The notes: generated from the letters alone by a model not told the origin. Numbered from the stretch's first letter, positions 9,321 through 16,918 are shown. The stretch is 22,072 nt of DNA from Gemmatimonadota bacterium (GCA_039586365.1 JBDHKN010000086.1:1-22072); one strand, 5' to 3'. Numbers and translations: made by a program.

Positions 9321-9355
9321 AGACAAGACCCCGAGCGCCGCGAGACGCCCGGGGC
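9321..9355 (-). terminator. Intrinsic-terminator-like hairpin after the TPR gene
   Basis: Minus strand GCCCCGGGCGTC-TCGC-GGCGCTCGGGGT-CTTGTCT; three positions pair as G-U only on the minus strand. Confidence 0.65.
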
Positions 9356-9376
9356 ACGGTAAAGGCCAACGCCCGA

Positions 9377-10621
9377 TCAACCCTTGGGCCGCATTATCTC
9401 TGCATAGGCAGGGTCATCGCCCAATAGAGGGAAGAGAAGCACGTCCCGGTGCCACCAGAGGGTGGCGTATGCGCCCGCCTCGAAATCCTCTGCCAACAGC
9501 TCGAGCGCTCGAGCCTTGTCGCCCAGTACCGCATGTAGCGTCCCTTGGTACGCCTTTGTATCCTCATGGCCTTCGAGCCACCGCAGTTGGCTCGTGGCCC
9601 GTTCCGTGTCACCCAGGCGAGCAGCGACGTAGCCACCCATGGTGTGAAACCAGCCCTCGTCCGGCGCATCTTCGAGCAACGACTCACACACTGGCTTCGC
9701 GTCCTCCCAACGCCCGGCACCGATCAACGTGAATGTGCGCCAGTTCCGCTGTGCCACACTCGCGACTTGATCCTCAGGTTGTTCGTCGTACCACGCTGCT
9801 GCCCGACTGTAGAGATCCTCCGCGGCACCAACATGTCCGTGGGCAGCCAACTCAGCAGCGGCGGTTGTCATGAGAGCCCCAGGGGTGTTGGCGGCACCGC
9901 TGGGCGTGGCCGACATCGACTCTGCGATCACTCGCTCCAATTCTTCCATTTGGCCCAAGGCTGCAAGGGCCTGTGCCTCGATTACCAGACCGAAGAACTG
10001 ATCAGGGTACTGTTCTCGGGCACGCCGGGCCGCAGCGAGTTCAGCGTCGTGTTCTCCTAACAGGTGATGAGCCCAAACGAGTTGGGTCCAATAGGCGGTC
10101 CACCCCTTCATTGGCTCTCGGTAAGGGTCCAGGCTCAGAAGTACATCCCGCGCTTCTCGAGGGCGATTGCGTCGCAGCGCCCAGTACGACACTTGGTACA
10201 CGCCCTTGGTGCCAGGTCCAACTTCAGCCGCACGACGGGCAGCCTCGAGGGCACCATCGGGATTTCCCGCGGCAGATGCCAACTGTGTCTCCAGCCTGTG
10301 GCGGTAGTACTCGCTCAGCCGCTCCTTAGCCTCCTCCACAATTGCCAGGAGGGAGTCCCTCGTGCTGATGTTGCCAAGGTTAGAATGGCACAATGCCGCT
10401 TGGAACAGTGCCACGACGAAGTTACGATCCAGCTCGTAGGCCTTGGCGTATTGGAGAATAGCCTCCTGGTACTGACCTGCTCGGTAGTGTTTGGCACCCG
10501 CCGCATATGCCGCAAGTGCATCGGCGCTAAACTCCGGAACGTCCTGGCCGAAGGTTGGGGCCGGTGTGATGAGAACTGATGTTGCAGCGAGAGCCACAGC
10601 AACCACCGCTAGCTGTCGCAT
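9377..10621 (-). CDS. Exported tetratricopeptide-repeat protein
   Basis: AGGAGG RBS; signal peptide; TPR-like helices ('AILQYAKAYELDRNF'); ends LGDDPAYAEIMRPKG. Confidence 0.85.
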   Translation of the reverse strand: MRQLAVVAVALAATSVLITPAPTFGQDVPEFSADALAAYAAGAKHYRAGQYQEAILQYAKAYELDRNFVVALFQAALCHSNLGNISTRDSLLAIVEEAKERLSEYYRHRLETQLASAAGNPDGALEAARRAAEVGPGTKGVYQVSYWALRRNRPREARDVLLSLDPYREPMKGWTAYWTQLVWAHHLLGEHDAELAAARRAREQYPDQFFGLVIEAQALAALGQMEELERVIAESMSATPSGAANTPGALMTTAAAELAAHGHVGAAEDLYSRAAAWYDEQPEDQVASVAQRNWRTFTLIGAGRWEDAKPVCESLLEDAPDEGWFHTMGGYVAARLGDTERATSQLRWLEGHEDTKAYQGTLHAVLGDKARALELLAEDFEAGAYATLWWHRDVLLFPLLGDDPAYAEIMRPKG

Positions 10622-10666
10622 GTGAGAGCCTCCTGTTCCAGGGTTCGTGCCAGCATCGGCGGTCTT

Positions 10667-10819
10667 GGCGGTCTCGTCGTCGGGCGGGCGTCCTACTGAG
10701 GCGTCTACTGCGGCGTCCTACTACGGCGTCTACTACGGCGTCCAGCTACGGCGTCTACTCAGGCGGCGGGGCACAAAAGGCCACCGGCGTTTATCGGCAG
10801 TTCAGTGGCTGGAGGGCGA
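10667..10819 (-). repeat. Conserved leader element copy 2 (hairpin plus 6 GACGCC units)
   Basis: Plus-strand GGCGTC at 10687, 10700, 10712, 10725, 10737, 10750; first 52 nt differ from copy 1 at one position. Confidence 0.9.
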
Positions 10820-10852
10820 CACCATAGCTTGCAGCGAAGTACGGGGGAGCGC

Positions 10853-10889
10853 AAGACAAAGCCCCGAGCGCCGCGAGACGTCCGGGGCT
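10853..10889 (-). terminator. Intrinsic-terminator-like hairpin after the lipoprotein gene
   Basis: Minus strand AGCCCCGGACGTC-TCGC-GGCGCTCGGGGCT-TTGTCTT; near copy of 9321-9355. Confidence 0.65.
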
Positions 10890-10942
10890 GCCTGTTGTGG
10901 CTAACTCGAAGTCCTGTTGCCGTTGGCCGGTCCCCCAAATCG

Positions 10943-12043
10943 CTACGGATTGCAGCGCAAATCCATCGTGTAGCTGTTGGACCCCCCTGGACCGACGTTC
11001 AGGTTCACGAACAGACGCCCCCTGCCCAGTGCGGGCGGCAGCTCAGCTTGAATCAAGAGTTGCGAGGCCAAGGTCACGTTGTCCGTAACGATGCCCTTAT
11101 GGTGCTCGGACACCTTTGCCCGGTAGGTCTCGCCAATTGGCGTCGGGGGAGTGGTGAGCGGATTGACGGGTGTCACTTCAAGCATGCCGTTCGCGTGGAA
11201 CTGGCTGATGAAGTTGCCCGACGGGGTGACTATCACCTGCTGGCGCAGATCGACCGGCCCTGCCACGTACAAGTAGTCCCACGGAGCTGGGCATAGCTGT
11301 GTGGGGATCACCGCGCCAAACTGGATCACGAACTGCTGCCTGGCGATCGAGCGAGAAACGTCCTTTTTGCCGACGACGTTCAGCAGAGAAGCATAACCGT
11401 CATGGTCCGTGTCTCCCTGCTGATCGTGGTTGTCGAGCTCCCATGGTTCCCACGGGGCAGCGCCGTCGAGAAGGCCACTCCGCAGGAAATCGGCTAGGAC
11501 GAGTTGCTCTGCACCATCCCAGTCGATCACGATGTGATCGGACGTACCCGGGTACAGCCAGTCGAGGTGTGCGCCGCCAATGGTCCAGTCGCCAATGTCG
11601 AAGAACCTGACGTGGAACCGAAGATCCTCGTAATCACCGCACTCCAGCTGAATTGCCGAACCGACCCATCCTGCGGGCTCCCCGTAGGCGGTCTGCGCAC
11701 CGCCGATCGCGTCCTTCCACGTACAGTCCGGCAGACCGGAACCTCGATCGCCAGGCAAAAACATCAGGGCGGCGCGCAGGGCTCGCGGGTCAGCTTGACC
11801 GGCAAAGCCGAGGTTGATGGGATCCTGCGGAATTCCCATGTAGTTGACCCCCGTATACGGCCAGAACGTCGCGGAGCCAAACGCGGGTTCCACGGTCATC
11901 AGCCCGGACGGTGCGGGTTGCTCAGGGGCGCTTGTGTTGAGGAGCGGCTGCGACGACTGAGCGGGGTCTAGTGGGTCTTCGCACGCACAGACAAGGGCAA
12001 CACATAGGAATGTGCCCCCAACCGAGATAAGCCTTGCTCGCAT
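10943..12043 (-). CDS. Hypothetical lipoprotein, N-terminal half resembling the LssY C-terminal domain
   Basis: GGAGG RBS; lipobox-like LVCAC; 'DPINLGFAG...FHVRFF...IGGAHLD...HIVIDWDGAEQLVLADF...DGYASLL'. Confidence 0.75.
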   Translation of the reverse strand: MRARLISVGGTFLCVALVCACEDPLDPAQSSQPLLNTSAPEQPAPSGLMTVEPAFGSATFWPYTGVNYMGIPQDPINLGFAGQADPRALRAALMFLPGDRGSGLPDCTWKDAIGGAQTAYGEPAGWVGSAIQLECGDYEDLRFHVRFFDIGDWTIGGAHLDWLYPGTSDHIVIDWDGAEQLVLADFLRSGLLDGAAPWEPWELDNHDQQGDTDHDGYASLLNVVGKKDVSRSIARQQFVIQFGAVIPTQLCPAPWDYLYVAGPVDLRQQVIVTPSGNFISQFHANGMLEVTPVNPLTTPPTPIGETYRAKVSEHHKGIVTDNVTLASQLLIQAELPPALGRGRLFVNLNVGPGGSNSYTMDLRCNP

Positions 12044-12134
12044 GATGCACCTCCGTGACAGAGAGAGTTACGCGATTGTTATCACAGAGGCGTCAATGAA
12101 ACGTCAAAGATTGCAGATGGTGGCTCATCCTCGT

Positions 12135-12276
12135 GGTCTCGTCGTTGGGTGGGCGTCGTGCTGTGGCGTCTACTGCGACGTCGATCTCCGGCGTCCAGCT
12201 ATGGCGGCTACTCTGGCGGCGGGGCGCAAAAAGGCCACCCGCGTGGTGTCTCCATAGCACAGTGGCCTCGAGGGCG
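12135..12276 (-). repeat. Conserved leader element copy 3 (hairpin plus 5 partly degenerate units)
   Basis: Plus-strand units at 12152, 12165, 12177 (GACGTC), 12190, 12203 (GGCGGC); same flanks as copies 1 and 2. Confidence 0.85.
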
Positions 12277-12440
12277 GATATCGGTATGTACCCTAGTTCC
12301 AGGGTTGGCTAGCCCAACCGGGCCGCATGGCCCGGCCATGCAGCGAACCTCTCCGACGCTGCGAGGGCATCCGCATGGCCCAATCTGGCTCCACCAGTCC
12401 CCCAAGCCTAACTTTGAGCGGGACCCAGAGGAGTCGCCAT

Positions 12441-12539
12441 ATGGCTGACATTCTGGACCGTCTGGAAGCAGCTCTCGCCGACCGTTACGCCATCGAGCGG
12501 GATGCTGACCGAGCCAGGCGCGTTAGTGATTCCGGATGA
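12441..12539 (+). pseudogene. N-terminal stub of a Hanks-type Ser/Thr protein kinase
   Basis: GAGGAG RBS then MADILDRLEAALADRYAIER, the lead-in normally followed by ELGxGGMATVY; diverges at that point and stops at 32 aa. Confidence 0.7.
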
Positions 12540-13255
12540 ACGACCGCGCGCGGCCCCGTGGCCGGATATCGTTCGCCAGCGTACCGGTTGAGACTCGCTG
12601 GTATCGACAACTGTACCAGCCCTTGGTGTTTCTTTCCAACGCTGCCCTGGCTGTCTGGCTATACCCGTGCTGGCACACAGTCCGCATCCACTGGACCCCT
12701 TCGCTGGACGCGTTGGCGCAGCTCGTCGAAGACACACAGAGGCCACTCATCTTCTACTCGTGGCACGCCTACGAGCCGATCACTCTCTGCGCCTTTCGAG
12801 ACGTGCCTCCTCAGTTGATGCCCACTGGTATTGGGCACGATGGCCTGCTCTCACGCATGTTGCAGCAGGCTACGGCCTGGTTCGGATTCCGCCTCTGGGT
12901 CTACCGCCGCGAATCACCGATCCGGCCGAAGCAACAGATCATCGAGATGGTGCGAACCCGTGGGTGCAACATTGGGTTGTTCGCCGACGCTGGCGGTCCC
13001 TATGGTCGCGTGAAGCCTGGACTGGCTGAGATCGCCCAGGCGACTGACGCTTGGTTGGTGCCACTCATCGTGAACGGTCGCCCGATCATCATGCTCAAGC
13101 GACCATGGCGCTACGCTTTCCCGCTGCCATTCTGTACTCTGACAGCCCACCGCGGTGAACCCATTGACGGGCGGGAAGCTACGGTGGACCGGTGCCAGGA
13201 GGCCCTGGATGGTGTCGAAGCACGCGTGAGCGCACGTGACCGAGAGAAGCAATGA
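12536..13255 (+). CDS. DUF374/lysophospholipid-acyltransferase-like protein
   Basis: 'IFYSWH', 'HDG', 'ADAGGPYGRVKPGLAEIAQATDAWLVP', 'PLPF' motifs. Confidence 0.75.
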   Translation: MNDRARPRGRISFASVPVETRWYRQLYQPLVFLSNAALAVWLYPCWHTVRIHWTPSLDALAQLVEDTQRPLIFYSWHAYEPITLCAFRDVPPQLMPTGIGHDGLLSRMLQQATAWFGFRLWVYRRESPIRPKQQIIEMVRTRGCNIGLFADAGGPYGRVKPGLAEIAQATDAWLVPLIVNGRPIIMLKRPWRYAFPLPFCTLTAHRGEPIDGREATVDRCQEALDGVEARVSARDREKQ

Positions 13256-13325
13256 GAGGCCATCCGGGCTGCCGCGACGAGTTGTTCTTTGTGATCCGCA
13301 GGAGCAGAACGGGAGTTGGGTGAAT

Positions 13326-13901
13326 ATGCACCGTAGAGTGATTGCGTCAGGTTTGCTGGGAGGAGTGGTGCTGCTTGTGTGGACCGCCGTGTGGTTTGGG
13401 TTGGTTCCCTTCCACCACGACGCGACGGCGAGGGAGATCCCCGATGAGGATGTTGTCTTCGATGTCATCAGCGAACGTATAGGGGAAACGGGCATCTACT
13501 CGTACCCATACGATGTTCCTACCGACTCGGCGTTTCACGAGCGGTTCGAAGCCGGACCGATCCTACAGATCCTGTTCCAAAAGGAGGGGGGAGCCGCGCC
13601 GTCGGAAACAGTCAGATTCTTGAGCGTCGTGCTGGCATACCTTCTCGTGCCGATCATCCCAGCGTGGGCTCTGTCTGTTGCATCCCATGAGAGAACAGGG
13701 CGCTACATTCAGCGAGTTTGGCTAGTCATGCTCTTTGGCATCTTCGTAGCAGTCTTTAGAGATCTGACACCGACGGGCATCATGGTGCCCAGCGAGTTCT
13801 CGCTGGTCATGGTGGTGCACAGCGTTGTCGGTTGGGGGCTGGTTGGCATTATCTTGGCCTGGCGGATAAGCCCTGAACTTGGGCGAGCACCGCGTGGGTA
13901 G
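13326..13901 (+). CDS. Hypothetical membrane protein
   Basis: Four hydrophobic segments; 'ETGIYSYP' loop; start at 13320 or 13326. Confidence 0.8.
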   Translation: MHRRVIASGLLGGVVLLVWTAVWFGLVPFHHDATAREIPDEDVVFDVISERIGETGIYSYPYDVPTDSAFHERFEAGPILQILFQKEGGAAPSETVRFLSVVLAYLLVPIIPAWALSVASHERTGRYIQRVWLVMLFGIFVAVFRDLTPTGIMVPSEFSLVMVVHSVVGWGLVGIILAWRISPELGRAPRG

Positions 13902-13970
13902 TTCGTCCGCTGCGATCACGTCGCACTCTGAAGGACGCCGATTGTCAGCCGTCTTGAGAAGGCAGGAACG

Positions 13971-14819
13971 ATGTCACACTTAGCATTGCTGTTGAGCCTT
14001 GGTTTCAGTCTGACTGGTTCGGTGAGTCTCACGCAGGAGATGTTGACTCGGCAGGATTCAGTCGAGGTGCCCATTGACCTCTTGTTCGTCGCGAATGAAG
14101 GAGTGTTGCTCACCACACGGACCAAGCAGGTCATGATCGATGCTCTGTATGACGAGCCGAACCCCGCCTACGCTGCCCCTCCGGCTGAGATGCTCCAGGC
14201 GATGCAGACGGGAGCTGCCCCGTTTGACAACGTGGATATCGTTCTGCTCACTCACAACCATCCGGATCACTACAGCCCGCGCCTGGTAGCTCAGTTCCTG
14301 TCACATAGCAGTGAAACGGTGTTCGTTGCGCCGGTAGATGCAGTGGAGGCCCTCGAGGAGGTTGCGGCGGATTGGCCTCAGATCCGCGAGCGCGTAGTCT
14401 CTCTAGAGCTCGAGGTCGGGACGGCGTTCGACACGGTTATTGATGGAATCTCTGTCGCGGCGCACCGTACCCTCCACAGTGGAAACAGAGAGACACCTCA
14501 GAACGTCATGTACCTGGTCGAGCTGGACGGCAGGACGATCTTCCACGAAGGCGATTCCGACGGAAGTGTCGACACCTTTGTTGCCTTGGGTTTAGGCGAT
14601 AAGAGAATCGATCTCGCTCTGGTCCACTTCTGGTTTCCCCTGGAACCAAATGGAGAGGCGATCATACTAGGTGTGCTCAAGCCGGATCATGTTGGCTTGT
14701 TCCACCTGCCGCTGCGCTTGCGGGCTGACGCACCCACGACAATGGAACAGGTTGCCGGCAAGTATATGGACCTGTTCCTGCTCACGAGTCCCGGCGACAG
14801 GAGGACGATCCCTGAGTGA
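13971..14819 (+). CDS. Exported MBL-fold metallo-hydrolase
   Basis: Signal peptide; 'VMIDAL', 'LTHNHPDH' (HxHxDH), 'TLH', 'IFHEGD', 'LFH'. Confidence 0.9.
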   Translation: MSHLALLLSLGFSLTGSVSLTQEMLTRQDSVEVPIDLLFVANEGVLLTTRTKQVMIDALYDEPNPAYAAPPAEMLQAMQTGAAPFDNVDIVLLTHNHPDHYSPRLVAQFLSHSSETVFVAPVDAVEALEEVAADWPQIRERVVSLELEVGTAFDTVIDGISVAAHRTLHSGNRETPQNVMYLVELDGRTIFHEGDSDGSVDTFVALGLGDKRIDLALVHFWFPLEPNGEAIILGVLKPDHVGLFHLPLRLRADAPTTMEQVAGKYMDLFLLTSPGDRRTIPE

Positions 14820-15434
14820 CGATGGCAATGCGACGGCGCGGTGATGCTCGGTACACGAAACGGCCTGTTCCCAGGTCAAGTCATATTTGTTTCTCGCGGG
14901 GTGCTTTGTTGCTGGTGCATTGGCGCCGATGCCACCGTGCCAACTGAAGCGAACGCACACATGAGTCCTGCAACACCAATCGATTTCGACCGACCCGATG
15001 ACGATCTCTATCGCGACGCCGATCCGACGCCCAACGTCAAGATCTGGTGAAATGCGCCATCGTGGGGAACACCACTTGTTCGCGAGTCGGCTAAATGCCG
15101 CGCTCCACGCCAACCGGCAGTAACGAGAGTCTGCGCATTCTGGTTGAGTCGCTGAGAGCCCTACGGTAGTAGGCGGAGTGCCGCAGTGTCTCCGTCAGGC
15201 AGGAAGGCACCTCTTCCGTATTTACCTTGCTGGTTGGGCTACGGGGAGCTCGGGGTTGACCTGGCACTAGGTCAAGCTGCCCGCGGCGACGCTCCGTCTT
15301 CTTCTAGGTGATGCAGCCGAATGGCAGGGCACATCTGTAGGTGTGCTTCTATTTGCAGGATCCCGGCGTTGTCAGCGAGCTGCAGATAGTGGCCTGGGAG
15401 GCCGGCCTGGCCTGAGTTACCGTTCTGCCCCGCG

Positions 15435-16328
15435 CTAATTCGGCTTCCGTACAGGGCCCTTCTTCGTATAGATGTGGATCACCCCAGGCAAGGCCCCAAC
15501 GCCGTAGCGTGCCGTTGCTGCGGGACCCTTGAACACCTCGATGCGATCGATCTGTGATGGGGGAATGAGATCGAGCAGGCTCTGACCTCTGGCCCCGGTG
15601 AGAGGCGAAGGAAGGCTGGACGTACGCACTCCGTCCACGTAGATCAGCGGTTCGTTCGAAGAGAACAAGCTCCTGAGACCCCGGAGCTGGACCTTGGTCC
15701 CGGACCCCACCTGGCCGCTGGGCCGCAGGATCAACACGCCGGGAATGCCCTTGAGCACGTCATCGGTGCTGGGGGCCCGCACTTCTACCAAGTCAACCGT
15801 GCCTACCGCGAGTCCACCTTCGCCCTCGACGACTCGCGGGCTCCGGTCCCGAACAATGAGTTCATCAAGGACAGCGTCCACGGGGGTCAGTTCGAAGTCG
15901 GCGATGGTCGGGTGACCGGTAAGAGCCACGCGTTCCACGACGGCCGCGTACCCGAGAAGCACAAGGCGCACGTTGACCTCGGCTGCCGAGCCACAGGAAA
16001 GCCGGTACTCCCCCCAAAAGTTTGTTTGGACAGCGGTGTCCGTGTCGAGCAGGGCGACCGACACATCGGGTAATGGAAGCCCAGTCCTGACATCGCGGAC
16101 CCGTCCTACCAGGCTCGTGCCCTCCTGAGCCCGGGCGACCTGCCCCCACCCGCTCACTAGCACCGCGACGGTGATCGTCGTAACCCACGCGAGCTGCCGG
16201 TGTACCGCACCGCGCACCGGTGAAGCGACAGGGTTCACCCTCTGCCATCCACCCGCAGCGGCAACCGGTGATCCGAATCCTAGTCTGCTGTCGGTGACTA
16301 TGCGTCTCTGTCCCGCTTGCACGGTCAC
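15435..16328 (-). CDS. Carboxypeptidase-regulatory-like domain plus SusC-type TonB plug domain, with no beta-barrel
   Basis: 'LVGRVRDVRTGLPLPDVSV'; 'GQVGSGTKVQLRG...NEPLIYVDGV...IDRIEVFKGPAATARYG...GVIHIYTKKG' then stop; GTGA overlap with the upstream gene. Confidence 0.85.
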   Translation of the reverse strand: MTVQAGQRRIVTDSRLGFGSPVAAAGGWQRVNPVASPVRGAVHRQLAWVTTITVAVLVSGWGQVARAQEGTSLVGRVRDVRTGLPLPDVSVALLDTDTAVQTNFWGEYRLSCGSAAEVNVRLVLLGYAAVVERVALTGHPTIADFELTPVDAVLDELIVRDRSPRVVEGEGGLAVGTVDLVEVRAPSTDDVLKGIPGVLILRPSGQVGSGTKVQLRGLRSLFSSNEPLIYVDGVRTSSLPSPLTGARGQSLLDLIPPSQIDRIEVFKGPAATARYGVGALPGVIHIYTKKGPVRKPN

Positions 16329-16720
16329 AGCCTCCTTGCTGCTGACAGGTCCTCGGGGCGCCTTGCCCGACGTTGGTCCTCCTGCCCCACGATCAGGACG
16401 AGGTCATCGCCGGGATCAACCGGTAACAACTCGCCAAGTAACTCTCCGGCCCCGATGAAGTCGATGACGAACCGCAAGTCCCCCAAGTCCCAGCGAAATG
16501 TGAAAGTCGAGATGGATTTGGCTTGCGCAATCCCCAGGCGAAGCCGCTCCCCGCCGTGCAACGCGTATATCGTAGCGTCGTAGAAGTTGTAGTTGCGCAC
16601 TTCAACGGTCAGGTCACGCGTCGCTAACTCCGGCGCGACCGACGGCCCGCCACGGCCACCGCACGCCACAGCCATCGGAATAAGTGCAATGGCTAATGCT
16701 GGCCAGGTATTCTGATGCAT
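16325..16720 (-). CDS. Small hypothetical lipoprotein
   Basis: Lipobox AVAC; 'VEVRNYNFYDATIYAL...RLRLG' beta-rich domain. Confidence 0.75.
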   Translation of the reverse strand: MHQNTWPALAIALIPMAVACGGRGGPSVAPELATRDLTVEVRNYNFYDATIYALHGGERLRLGIAQAKSISTFTFRWDLGDLRFVIDFIGAGELLGELLPVDPGDDLVLIVGQEDQRRARRPEDLSAARRL

Positions 16721-16918
16721 GCGTGTGTCCGTGTTCATGTAGGGCACAAACAGCAATGCCGTAGGACCGCAAGAATCGGAGTCCAAGGAGTCTTGTTGAG
16801 GCATCGTATCAATACTAATGATACCCCTGACCCTACGTGAGGATTCACAAGGTCAGGAGCGGAGTCAAGTGGAACATCAGCCGTATCCTCGATTCCACTC
16901 TGCTGCGACCTGATAAGG

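Noticed and set aside
10687..10767. Tandem GGCGTC units as a CRISPR array
   Set aside because: Period is only 12-13 nt, inter-unit sequences are similar rather than unique spacers, and no cas genes are present
9148..12276. Repeated elements as integron attC sites or MITEs
   Set aside because: No RYYYAAC/GTTRRRY ends, no terminal inverted repeats or target duplications seen, no integrase or transposase in the window
9008..12448. Short ORFs over the repeats (ASSYGVYSGGGAQ-type on plus; METARRWP/METPRGWP on minus) as peptides
   Set aside because: Frames, starts and stops are not conserved between copies; the 25-nt and 1-nt indels shift frame; copy 2 lacks the minus-strand ATG
14841..15123. Short plus-strand ORF or possible pseudogene
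   Set aside because: No clear RBS or recognisable domain
15120..15360. TPP, SAM, cobalamin or SRP RNA identity for the hairpin region
   Set aside because: Only isolated short words such as CTGAGA match; the conserved cores are absent and no gene start lies downstream
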